Notes: generated from the letters alone by a model not told the origin. A DNA stretch of 64,000 nucleotides from an uncultured Chloroflexia bacterium (GCA_963774265.1 CAVZDU010000001.1:1148531-1212530); one strand, 5' to 3'. Positions 54,814 to 64,000 are shown, numbered from the stretch's first letter. Program-made: numbers and translations.

Positions 54814-55509
54814 ATGACCGAACCCTCATCCGACCTTGAACGCGTCATGGTCATCGCTGCACACCCCGATGATCCTGAGTTCGGGTGTGCGGGTGCAGTA
54901 TTGAAATGGGCCCAGGCAGGGCGCCATGTCACGTATGTCCTGATCACCAGCGGCGACAAGGGCAGCCACGACCCCGACTTGCGGCCGGGGCAACTGGCCG
55001 CGCGGCGCGAGGGCGAGCAGCGCGCGGCCGCCGCGGACCTGGGCGTGCGCGAGGTGATCTTCCTGCACAGGCCGGATGGCCTGCTGGAGAATACGCTCGA
55101 GCTGCGCCGCCAGCTGGCAGACCTGGTGCGCCGGCAGCGCCCCCACATCGTCCTGACCATCGACCCGTGGCGGCACTATCAGCTCCATCCCGATCACCGC
55201 GCGGCGGGGCAGGCAGCGCTGGATGCGGTGTGGTCGGCGCGCGAGTGGTACATCTTCCCGGAGCAGCTCGTCGAGGGCGTGGAGCCGTGGCGAGTGCGGC
55301 AGGTCTATCTGTTCTGGACGGATAACCCCGACTATTGGGAGGACATCAGCGGTTGCCTGGATCAGCGCATCGCGGCGCTGATGAGGCACATCAGCCAGGT
55401 GGGGACGGAGACGGAGAAGCTGGCCGAGAGGGTGCGCCAACGCGCTCGGGAAGCCGGGGAGAAGCCCGGGTACGCAGCGGCTGAGGCTTTCAAGAGGTTT
55501 GAGTTTTGA
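54814..55509 (+). CDS. PIG-L/LmbE-family deacetylase
   Basis: VIAAHPDDPEFGCAG...TSGDKGS...HPDH. Confidence 0.75.
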   Translation: MTEPSSDLERVMVIAAHPDDPEFGCAGAVLKWAQAGRHVTYVLITSGDKGSHDPDLRPGQLAARREGEQRAAAADLGVREVIFLHRPDGLLENTLELRRQLADLVRRQRPHIVLTIDPWRHYQLHPDHRAAGQAALDAVWSAREWYIFPEQLVEGVEPWRVRQVYLFWTDNPDYWEDISGCLDQRIAALMRHISQVGTETEKLAERVRQRAREAGEKPGYAAAEAFKRFEF

Positions 55510-55525
55510 AGGGGGCCGGTTTCTG

Positions 55526-55655
55526 GCCACAGAGAGCGCAGAGGGGCAGCTTGAGGGGGACGATGTTTCGCCACAGAGAACGCAGAGGTCTCAGAGGGGG
55601 TGCAGAGAGCCTACGCGTCCTTTGCGTCCTCTGTGCTCTCCTTGTGCTCTGTGGC
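55526..55655. repeat. Cluster of direct and inverted copies of a GCCACAGAG(A/G)(A/G)CGCAGAGG motif spanning the hydrolase start codon
   Basis: Direct copies at 55526-55544 and 55570-55588 (1 mismatch). Inverted, partly duplicated copy CCTCTGTGCTCTccttGTGCTCTGTGGC at 55628-55655. Confidence 0.6.
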
Positions 55656-56976
55656 TCGGTCGCTCCGGCCGCGGCGGAAGGAACGACGCCCGACCCGCGG
55701 TTTGGGGTGGTGGAGGCGTTTGTCAACGCGGACGCGGCGACCGAGGCCGGGGTTGGCTACAGCCGCATCATCCTGCGTTGGGACGTGATCCAGCCCGATG
55801 GCCCGGTGGACTGGAAGCCCGCGAACGTGCCCGACCCGTATGTGGAGGCGGAGCTGGCGGCGGGGCGGGAGGTCGTCGCGATCCTGATCGGCACGCCGAA
55901 GTGGGCCGCGGTGAACCCGGCGGACGAGCGCGCCGCGCCGTGCCCGACATGGACGCGTGGGCCACGTTTGCCAGGCGCATGGCGCAGCACTACAGGGGGC
56001 GGATCAACCACTGGATCATCTGGAACGAGCCGGACGTGTGGGAGGCCGGGCACCCGGGGCAGACGTGGGCGGGCAGCGTGGAGGACTATGCCCGGCTGCT
56101 CAAGACCGCGTACCTGGCGATCAACGATGGGCAGCCCGGGCAATTGGTATACATCGCGGGGTTGACGTACTTCTGGGATTGGTCGCACGGCCGGCGACAG
56201 TACCTGGACCGCCTGTTGGACTTGTTGGCGGCCGACCCCCAGGCGGCCGAGCACGGCTACTACTTCGACGGGGTCGTCTACCACCTCTACTTCAAGCCAT
56301 TGCAGGCGCCCAAGGTGTTGGGCGAGGCGCGGGCTCAGCCTGCAGAAGCACGGCATCAAGGGCAAAGAGCTATGGGTTAACGAGACAAATGCGCCACCAT
56401 CAGAGGACAAGCTGGAACTACCATGGTCCAAACCGCGATACCGCGTCTCGCTCGACGAGCAGGCCGCGTTCGTCATCCAGGAGTTCAGCCTGGCGTTTGC
56501 CGCGGGCGCGAGCCGGGTCGAGTTCTACAAGCTACGCAACTCGGCCGACCATCCCGAATCGATCGAGCCTTATGGGCTGCTGCGGGGCGATGATTCGCGG
56601 CGGCCCGCGTTCGACCGCGTTTCAGGTTGCGACGACCTACCTGCGCGACTTTCGCAGCGCGACGCGCGAGCAGTCGGGCGCGGTCAACGCAGTGACGTTC
56701 GACCGGGGGAACGCGACGACCACGGTGGTGTGGACCACGGGGACGACGCGCCTCCGGACCACGGTGCGCGCAGTGGCCCGCGAGGCGCTGCTGGTGAACG
56801 AACGGGGGGAGACGCAGCGGATTCGGGCGCAGGGTGGGGTGTATGTGCTGGACCTGCCCGGCGCAACGTGCCTGAATCGGACGGAGTGCCTCATCGGCGG
56901 GGCGCCGCGGCTGCTGGTGGAGCAGGGGCCACGCGCGGACGGAGGGCGTTCCGGCGTAATGAAGATTGAAGATTGA
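55563..56976 (+). CDS. Secreted TIM-barrel glycoside hydrolase (GH5/GH39-like), with 3 frame breaks
   Basis: Signal peptide, then RINHWIIWNEPDVW, ELWVNETNAP, EFYKLRN across ORFs 55506.., 55499.. and 55957... Confidence 0.6.
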
Positions 56977-56995
56977 AGATTGAAGATTGAAAATT
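56961..56995 (+). repeat. Heptanucleotide microsatellite (GAAGATT)x4 plus GAAAATT, overlapping the hydrolase stop codon
   Basis: Read directly from the sequence. Confidence 0.85.
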
Positions 56996-57098
56996 GCTGA
57001 GCGGGTGTGGAACTTTGGAACCGGGCGAGCGTCTATGAGGTAGTGTCCCAAGGATTTATTGGTACGGTTTATTTCGCCCGGGTGGGGTGGAGGATGTT

Positions 57099-59642
57099 AT
57101 GCAGAAGGTATGGTTAGATCCTGACCTGCGGGGGAAGCTGGGCAAGATCGGTGGCATTGTTTTGCTCGTCGCGACCCTGGCTGGCGTGGCGGTCGCGGCC
57201 GGGAGCTGCGGCCTCTTGCCGCGGCTGGCGCCGGTGCAAGCGGGTCGCGGAACGCCTACCGCAACGGCGCCCGCCATCACCGGGTCGCCCATCGTCGAGA
57301 TCGCGCCGGTGGCCGGCGGCTCAGGCACGCGCATCACTGTGACGGGCCGCAACTGGCAGCCGGGCAACACGATCTTCGTGCGCCTGGAGGATGTCGAAAC
57401 GGGGCAGATGCCGGGCGTGGACCAGGCGTCCGCGATCGTGACCGACCAGGGCGACTTCGTGATCCGCTTCACCTATCCTTACGATCCGCGCTGGGCATTG
57501 CTGCCCCGCACGCTGGTGACGGTGATCGACCCGGCCACGGGGCAGCGCGCGAACGCGGAGTTCCGCATCCTGACCCCGGCGACGGCGACGCCCACCGCAA
57601 CACCCACCGCCATCCTGACCGCCACGGCCCTTCCGACGCGCGTGCAGCCGACGGCTGTCGTGCCGACCCAGGTCGCACCGCGGCCGACGGCGACGCGGGT
57701 CAGGCCGACCGCAACGCGGGTCCCGCCCACGGCAGTTCCGCCGACCGCAACGCCGGCGCCCGTCATCACGGAGTGGCGCGGGGAGTACTGGACCAACCTC
57801 AACCTGACCGGGGCGCCGAACGTCGTGCGCAATGATCCGGCGGTCGACTTCAGTTGGGGCCTCGGGTCGCCGGCCAGCCAGGTGCCGGTCGACAGCTTCT
57901 CGGCCCGCTGGACGCGCACGCTGGACTTCGCCTCGGGGACCTACCGATTTACCCTGAACGTGGATGACGGCGCGCGGCTGTGGGTGGACGACCAGATTCT
58001 CATCGACGAGTGGCGGGACAACAGCGCACACGAGGTGCGCGTGGACTTCCCGCTGAGCCGGGGCCGGCATCAGATCCGCGTCGAATACTACGAGCGCACA
58101 GGGTTGGCCCGGGTGGCGCTGCGCTGGGAGCGAACCGGCCAGATCAGCTACCCTGACTGGATGGGCGAGTACTGGAGCAATACGGACCTGTCGGGCGCGC
58201 CGGTGCTTACGCGCAACGATCGCATGATCGACTTTGCCTGGTCGACGGGGTCTCCCGCGGCCGGGCTGCCCGCCAACAACTTCTCGGCCCGTTGGACCCG
58301 GCAACTGGTGTTCGCGCCCGGCGTGTACCGGTTCTTCAGCCTGGGCGACGACGGCATGCGCGCGTATGTGGATGGTCGACTGGTGCTGGACCGGTGGTTC
58401 GACCAGAGCGCGTCTGATCCGTATTCGGTCGATGTGAACCTGGGCGGCCCGGCCACCATCGTGGTGGAGTACTACGAGCGCACAGGGGGTGCGACGGCGC
58501 GGTTCTGGTGGCAGCAGATCGTCGTGCCCCCGCCGCCGCCGACCGTGACGGCCACCCGGACGGCGACCGCGACGCGAACTGCGACGGCTACGTCGACCGC
58601 GACCGCGACGGCCACGGCGACGGCTACGCCGACGGCGACGGTGACATCGATCGTCACGTCGACGCCGACCGCGACGGCCACGGCGACGGCTACGTCGACC
58701 GCGACATCGATCTACACGTCGACGCCAACCGCGACGGCGACGGCGACGGCTACGCCGACGGCGACATCGATCTACACGTCGACGCCAACTGCGACATCGA
58801 CCGCGACGGCTACGCCGACGGCGACATCGATCTTTACGTCGACGCCGACTGCGACTGCGACTGCGACCGCTACCGCAACGTCGACGCCGACCGCGACCGC
58901 CACGGCGACGCCGACTGAGACTCCGACTGAGACGCCGACTGCGACAGCGACTGCTACCGAGACGCCGGAGCCAACCGCAACGCCTACTCAGACGGCTACC
59001 GCGACAGCGACCGCTACGGAAACGCCGACTGAGACGCCGACCGCGACCGCGACTGCGACCGCTACCGAGACGCCGACTGAGACCGGCGAAACGACGCCCA
59101 TCACCCAGACACCTACGGCGACCCCGAGCGCGACGGCCTCTCCGACGGCGGCCGCGCCGGCGGTGACGGCCAGGCTGAGCGAGATCCTGCCTAATCCGAA
59201 GGCCGTGAACTGGGACCGGCGCGGTAAGGCGGACGCGCAAGATGAATGGATCGAGCTCTTCAACCCGACCCGGCGGCCGGTGGACCTGGGGGGCTGGTCC
59301 GTGACGGTGCAAGCCCCGGGCAAGCGATTGGTCCAGACGTATCGTTTCGCCAGGCGAACGACGATCCCGGCGGGCGGGCACCTGGTGCTCTACCAGCGGG
59401 ATACACGGCTCGTGCTGGATGACCTGACCGCGACGGTGCGGCTGCTCGACGCGGATGGCGAGGTGGTTGACTCGGTGACTTACGAGAAGCTGGGACCGGA
59501 TGAGAGCATCAGCCGGGACGCGGCCGGCGAGTGGCACGCGGGCTGGGCCCCGACGCCGGGCGAGGAGAATGTCGCTCCGCTGCCGGCATTGAAGCGGGGG
59601 ATCAGGATCACGCCTACGCCGCGGACCGGGACGCGACCGTAG
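57099..59642 (+). CDS. Large secreted/anchored protein: N-terminal domain, 2x PA14, Thr/Ala/Pro repeat linker, C-terminal lamin-tail (LTD) domain
   Basis: Two units EYWTNLNLTGAP...FSARWTR...YRF...DDG.RLWVD / EYWSNTDLSGAP...FSARWTR...DDGMRAYVD (PA14 pattern). C-terminus LSEILPNP...DEWIELFNP...DLGGW (LTD pattern). Intact. Confidence 0.75.
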   Translation: MQKVWLDPDLRGKLGKIGGIVLLVATLAGVAVAAGSCGLLPRLAPVQAGRGTPTATAPAITGSPIVEIAPVAGGSGTRITVTGRNWQPGNTIFVRLEDVETGQMPGVDQASAIVTDQGDFVIRFTYPYDPRWALLPRTLVTVIDPATGQRANAEFRILTPATATPTATPTAILTATALPTRVQPTAVVPTQVAPRPTATRVRPTATRVPPTAVPPTATPAPVITEWRGEYWTNLNLTGAPNVVRNDPAVDFSWGLGSPASQVPVDSFSARWTRTLDFASGTYRFTLNVDDGARLWVDDQILIDEWRDNSAHEVRVDFPLSRGRHQIRVEYYERTGLARVALRWERTGQISYPDWMGEYWSNTDLSGAPVLTRNDRMIDFAWSTGSPAAGLPANNFSARWTRQLVFAPGVYRFFSLGDDGMRAYVDGRLVLDRWFDQSASDPYSVDVNLGGPATIVVEYYERTGGATARFWWQQIVVPPPPPTVTATRTATATRTATATSTATATATATATPTATVTSIVTSTPTATATATATSTATSIYTSTPTATATATATPTATSIYTSTPTATSTATATPTATSIFTSTPTATATATATATSTPTATATATPTETPTETPTATATATETPEPTATPTQTATATATATETPTETPTATATATATETPTETGETTPITQTPTATPSATASPTAAAPAVTARLSEILPNPKAVNWDRRGKADAQDEWIELFNPTRRPVDLGGWSVTVQAPGKRLVQTYRFARRTTIPAGGHLVLYQRDTRLVLDDLTATVRLLDADGEVVDSVTYEKLGPDESISRDAAGEWHAGWAPTPGEENVAPLPALKRGIRITPTPRTGTRP
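58540..59100 (+). repeat. Coding tandem repeats (ACN/GCN-rich, including about four ~60-bp units) encoding the TATATxTP linker
   Basis: Units such as GCTACGCCGACGGCGACATCGATCTACACGTCGACGCCAAC.GCGAC recur at ~58625, 58690, 58750 and 58810. Confidence 0.7.
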
Positions 59643-59663
59643 GGACGAGGGGTTAGAGGGAGG

Positions 59664-59693
59664 GCGCCGGGATCGGAAGGTCCCGGCGTTTTC
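59664..59693 (+). terminator. Rho-independent terminator of the PA14/LTD gene
   Basis: GCGCCGGGA ... TCCCGGCG followed by TTTTC. Confidence 0.6.
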
Positions 59694-60005
59694 GCGTTAA
59701 GCGTCGCCTGCGGTTCCGAATCGCAGGCTGAACCAGGCGCCAAACCGGCTGAAGCCGGTTGCGCAAGCCGGCGTGGCGGCCGATGCGGTCCGTTAGCCCG
59801 ATGAATGAGGCTGAACGGGCGAGGTCACGCGTCCTGGCGCATTCCCGCGGCGCGATCAACCGCGGCCACGAAGCAGGCGGCGCTGTAGCGTCATATGACC
59901 ACCGATATGACCTCCGGCACTGTGTTAAGTGACCGGGTTCCTATAGGATAGGGTCAAGATCAATTCGATCGAAGTATCCATCCGTTACACAATTTGGAGG
60001 TCAAA

Positions 60006-61359
60006 ATGAATCGCAAAACTCGTATCTTTACCCTGCTTACCCTGTTCGTCCTGGCCCTGTTCATCTTCGTCCCGGCGGCGTCGGCTTACGATGGCCGCAG
60101 CGGCGATAGAGTGGTGATCGGCAAGGACGAGGTCATCAATGATGATCTGTTCGTGGGCGGGACCACAGTGATCGTGGATGGCACGGTCAATGGCGACTTG
60201 ATCGCCGGGGGCCAGACCGTGATCATCAACGGCAAGGTCACCGGCAACGTGATCGCGGCCGGCTCGAGCGTCACCGTGAATGGCGAGGTGGGCCATGATG
60301 TCTTTGCCGCGGGCGCCGCGGTGACGATTGGGCCCGACGCACGGATCGGGCACAATGCCTATACGGCGGGCGCCAGCGTGGAGAGCCAGGCGGGCAGCCA
60401 GATCGGCGGCTCGCTGCTGATCGGCGCCGGCCAGGGCCTGGTCTCCGGGCAGATCACCAACGATCTGCTGGCGGGCGCCAGTCGCCTGCGCCTGGAAGGC
60501 ACGGTGGGTCGCAACGCGAAGATCGCGTCGACACCTCGAACGACCGGTTCTTCGCCCAGCTACATGCTACGGCCCGAACACGCCGCCGATGCCCTCCGTC
60601 CAGCCTGGCCTGACCTTTGGCCCTGAAGCGCACGTTGCCGGCAGCCTGGAGTACGTCAGCCCCGAGACGGTCGCAGGGCGCCGCCAGCGTATCCTCTCAG
60701 GTCACGCATACCCTGCCGCCCCAGGATCAACAGCTGTCCCGGGAGCTGGCCCAACGGCAGAGCACCTCCTCCTACGTGTTCGACGCGCTGCGCCGCCTGG
60801 TCGCCCTGCTGCTGGTTGGCCTGCTCATCGCCTGGCTGGCCCCCCGCTGGATCACCGGCCCTGCCGAGAAGCTGCTGTCCGCCCGCTGCCCAGCCTGGGG
60901 ATTGGTCTGGTCGGCCTGGTCGCCGCTCCGATCAGCTGGTTCGTGGCGCTCGGCGTGGTCATCCTGATCGCGGTGATCTTCGGACTGCTGAGCCTGGGCG
61001 GCCTGACGGGCCTGACCCTGCTGGCCGGTCTTCCCGCCCTGGGCCTGGCTTTCGTCGCCATCCTGTTCGTGCTGAGCTACCTGTGCCAGGCGATCGTCGC
61101 CTACCTGGGTGGGCGCTGGATCCTCAGCCGCATCCGCCCGGAGTGGAACAGCAGGATCTACGCACCGCTGCTGATCGGCCTGCTCATCCTGGGCCTGCTC
61201 TTCGCCGTGCCGGTCGCCGGCGGCATGCTCCAGTTCCTGGTCGTCCTGGCTGGCCTGGGCGCCATCGCCCTGGTGCTCTTCCAGGGCCGCCCGGCGCCCC
61301 AGACGCCCGCCGAAGTTCCTGCGACCGTCTCAGGCGTGATCCTGGCACATCGCACGTAG
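60006..61359 (+). CDS. Secreted beta-helix-repeat (bactofilin/polymer-forming-like) domain plus a C-terminal polytopic membrane domain, with at least 3 frame breaks
   Basis: Signal peptide MNRKTRIFTLLTLFVLALFIFVPAASA. Repeated V.G.V.GD/N units. TM-rich ORF 60589..61359. Confidence 0.55.
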
Positions 61360-61428
61360 CCAGGTGGCGGTCGTGCGCAGGTCGGCGCACAATCACCACC
61401 TGGCGGCATTTTGTGGTTTAATGGGCCT

Positions 61429-62605
61429 ATGCAGCGCTTCTCTCGTCTCGACCGGTTATCGCTTGTCGCCTATCTCACCCTGGCCGGGGTGACTGCCGCC
61501 GGCTTGTGGGAGATCGACCGCATCCTGCTGCGCTGGCTCGCCCTGGGTCTCCTGGTGGGCTTTGGCCTGCTGCACAGCCGCCTGCCGGAGCAAGATGGCT
61601 CGCCGAGAAGCCAGCGCCTGGCCAACCTGATCATCGCCCTGCAGACCGGGCTGGTGGTCGTGCTGATCGAAACCACCCGGGCCGGTTTTCCATTCGTCCT
61701 CCTGTTCTTCATCCTGAGCGTGACGGTCATGCTCTACAACCCGCTGCGCCCGGGCCTGCTGTGGCTGGGAGGCTTCATCCTGCTCACCGGCTGGTTCTTC
61801 TTCGAGCAGGAAGGCCTGGGCGGCGGGCTGCGGGCGATGGCGATCTATGCGGGCGGTTTCCTGTTCTTCGGCGTCGTCACCAATGCGCTCACCCAGGCGC
61901 GCCTGACCCAACGCCAGAACGCCCTGCTGCTGGGCGAGCTGCAGGCCAAGAACCGCCAGCTCGAAGAATACGCCGCGCAGGTTGAAACGCTGGCGGTCGT
62001 CGAAGAGCGCAACCGGCTGGCGCGGGAGATGCACGATACCATCGGCCACCGGCTGACGACCGCGGCCGTCCAACTGGAGGGGGCCCAGCGCCTGGCGCCC
62101 AGCGAGCCCGAGCGGGCCGCCGCGATGATCGGCGCCGGCCGCCAGCAGGTGCGCGAGGCGCTGCAAGACCTGCGCCAGACGGTCGGGCGGCTGCGCGAGC
62201 CGGTCGAAATCGAGCTTTCGCTGCCGCAGGCGCTGCACCGCCTGGCCGCCAGTTTCCAGGAAGCGACCGGCCTGGCGATCCACCTGGAGCTGCCCGAAAA
62301 TGCCTGCGAGGTGACTTCCGCCCAGCGCCTGGCCCTCTACCGCACCGCGCAGGAGGGTCTGACCAACATCCAGCGCCATGCCGCCGCTCACCAGGCCTGG
62401 CTGCACCTGGAATGCTCGCCCGACCAGATTCGCCTGCAGGTGATCGATGATGGCCGCGGCCTTGACGGCCGGCAACCCCAGCACCGGCTTTGGCCTGCGC
62501 GGCCTGCAAGAGCGGGCGGCCCAGCTGGGCGGCGCAATCACGCTTTCAGACCGGCCGGGCGGCGGCACGATCCTGACGATCCAGCTCCCCATTCAGGGAG
62601 GATAA
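61429..62605 (+). CDS. Sensor histidine kinase (HisKA_3 / NarX-LiaS type), with one frame break at ~62465
   Basis: 5 TM helices, H-box ERNRLAREMHDTIGHRLT, N-box EGLTNIQRHA, G-box GFGLRGLQERAAQLGG (shifted frame). TAA at 62603-62605. Confidence 0.8.
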
Positions 62606-63273
62606 TGGCCATGGAACCTATCCGTATCTTGATCGTCGATGACCAGCGCCTGATGCGTGAAGGCTTGCGCACGCTGCTGGAGCTGGAAGGCGACCTGGCG
62701 GTCGCGGCCGAGGCTGAGGATGGCCAGGCCGCCCTCGAGCAGTACGAAGCGATCCAGCCGGATGTCGTGCTGATGGACATTCGCATGCCCCGCCTGGATG
62801 GCGTGGAGGCCACGCGCCGCCTGCGCCAGCGCTGGCCCGAGGCGCGGGTGATCATCCTGACCACCTTCGATGACGACGCGTACGTGTTCGATGGGCTGCG
62901 TGCCGGGGCGCTGGGCTACCTGCTCAAGGATGTCTCGGGCCAGGAGCTGGCCGAAGCCGTCCGCAAAGTCGCCGCGGGTGGGGCGCTGATCGAGCCTTCG
63001 GTGGCGCGCAAAGTGCTGGCCGAGTTCTCGCGCCTGGCTGAGCCCACCCGCCCGGCCCTCGACCGCCTCCCCGAGCCGCTGTCGGAACGCGAACAGGAGA
63101 TTCTGCGCCTGCTGGCGTCGGGCGCCAACAACCGCCAGATCGCCAGCCAGCTCTTCCTGGCCGAAGGCACGGTCAAGAACTACATCTCGACCATCCTGGA
63201 CAAACTGGGAGTGCAAGACCGCACCCAGGCCGCCTTGCGCGCCCGCGAGCTTGGGCTGTTGAATCCCGGGTAA
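62605..63273 (+). CDS. NarL/LuxR-family response regulator
   Basis: ILIVDDQ...VLMDIRMP receiver domain. LSEREQEILRLLASGANNRQIASQLFLAEGTVKNYIS HTH. The ATG overlaps the kinase stop (TAATG). Confidence 0.9.
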   Translation: MAMEPIRILIVDDQRLMREGLRTLLELEGDLAVAAEAEDGQAALEQYEAIQPDVVLMDIRMPRLDGVEATRRLRQRWPEARVIILTTFDDDAYVFDGLRAGALGYLLKDVSGQELAEAVRKVAAGGALIEPSVARKVLAEFSRLAEPTRPALDRLPEPLSEREQEILRLLASGANNRQIASQLFLAEGTVKNYISTILDKLGVQDRTQAALRARELGLLNPG

Positions 63274-63308
63274 TCAGCCTGCGTTGACAGTCCCGTGGGG
63301 ATTTGCAC

Positions 63309-63360
63309 TGTAGTGGGCAGAGAGGTTCGTCCGCTATGTAGGGTAGAGAGGTTCGACCGG
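63309..63360. repeat. Two ~26-bp direct subterminal repeats at the end of a transposable element
   Basis: TGTAGTGGGCAGAGAGGTTCGTCCG and TGTAGGGTAGAGAGGTTCGACCG. Confidence 0.5.
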
Positions 63361-64000
63361 GGGTGGTACTTCTTTCCACGGGCAGGTTCTGATCCAGGCG
63401 GCCTCGGTGGTGTAGATCGCCAGGCCTTCAGGAGTGGCGGCCACGCCGACGATTTGTCCTTTGTGGGCTCGCCCGACATAGTAGAAGCGTTTGTGAAAGG
63501 CAACCTGGCCCAGTTGCGTCACGCGGCGGGTCTGAAAGGGTGTGAAGGGGCGTGGCTGCGGCGGTGGGAGCTTGGCGGGTTGGGCGGTGGGCTGCGCTTG
63601 TGGGAAGAGGTGCTTGCAGGGCAGCGATTTGGTTGAGCCGTCGGGCAAAGTGACCTGCCAGCAATCGCCGACACGCTCAAGGCACAGCTGTTGACCGATC
63701 CAGGCGATCCCGACGTAGTAGAGATAGCTGTTGAGGGCGATGTTGCCGCGTCGATTGACGATCCGTGTCAGCGATCGCGGGGACAGGGCGGGGAGAGGCA
63801 AGGCCGGGGATTGCTCGGCGGCCGGCTCCAGGTCGTAAGTGCGTTGCCAGCCGTCGCTCGCTTGGGCCACCGCTGACCAGCCGCTCACGGTGACGGCGAT
63901 GGTTTGCCGCGCATAACGCCGCTGGAAGGGGAACGTGCGCCCACACAGGCTGATCCGGCCATCGGCTTGGACCTGGCGCGTCACCACGGTTGGCTCGAGC
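63334..64000 (-). CDS. C-terminal part of an integrase/Mu-type transposase; the gene continues beyond the window
   Basis: ORF 63334..63987 has three repeated barrel-like units (GRISLCGRTF..., GNIALNSYLYYVG..., GQVAFHKRFYYVG...). Confidence 0.5.
   Translation of the reverse strand, partial: LEPTVVTRQVQADGRISLCGRTFPFQRRYARQTIAVTVSGWSAVAQASDGWQRTYDLEPAAEQSPALPLPALSPRSLTRIVNRRGNIALNSYLYYVGIAWIGQQLCLERVGDCWQVTLPDGSTKSLPCKHLFPQAQPTAQPAKLPPPQPRPFTPFQTRRVTQLGQVAFHKRFYYVGRAHKGQIVGVAATPEGLAIYTTEAAWIRTCPWKEVPPPVEPLYPT

Noticed and set aside
58540-59100. Tandem repeats as a possible CRISPR array
   Set aside because: There are no unique spacers. The repeats are contiguous, in frame, and encode the Thr/Ala/Pro linker of an intact ORF.
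57321-59537. 738-aa Arg-rich ORF antisense to the PA14/LTD gene
   Set aside because: Its composition (RRRGRRR runs) is the mirror image of the ACN/GCN repeat tract. The sense strand carries clear PA14 and LTD motifs.

Overview
High-GC (about 60-65% by eye) bacterial chromosomal window. The gene content, a T-box leader and Thr/Ala/Pro-rich linkers suggest a Chloroflexota-like organism, but that is inference only. No rRNA, tRNA or CRISPR array was found. Gene order: the 3' part of the ATP synthase operon (atpA-G-D-C); mreB with an IS630-family element inserted exactly at its stop codon; a NYN/YacP-HEAT protein; an NfeD protease; a tungstate/molybdate-type uptake island made of two divergent operons that share a recurring ~110-aa accessory domain; malQ; a GT2 membrane glycosyltransferase; nrfHA nitrite reductase next to Fe-S/zinc-ribbon genes and a Crp/Fnr regulator; ADP-forming acetyl-CoA synthetase; GDPD; a membrane-anchored Mrr-like nuclease; GT39 plus a Pro/Thr-rich protein; two stacked IS elements (IS256-like, and an rve-type element with a 19-bp duplication); a Trp-specific T-box leader driving a stand-alone trpB2; an M50-like protease; tpiA, a hypothetical gene, pgk and gap; a GAF protein; YvcK-like; an internally deleted SNF transporter remnant; a holin-like protein; an SDR; acs; rex, a [2Fe-2S] protein, a PP2C phosphatase and cutA; cytochrome c; DUF89 plus an Fe-S protein; an Asp-box membrane protein; a PIG-L deacetylase; a glycoside hydrolase; a PA14x2/LTD secreted protein with a long tandem-repeat linker; a beta-helix membrane protein with a histidine kinase and response regulator; and the terminus of another transposon at the window edge. 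Many conserved genes (atpAGDC, mreB, malQ, nrfA, trpB2, pgk, gap and others) are interrupted by 1-nt frame breaks, while several long neighbours are intact. I read this mainly as an assembly-quality signal, so gene spans are given across the breaks. Coordinates of small motifs (promoters, hairpins) may be off by a few nt.
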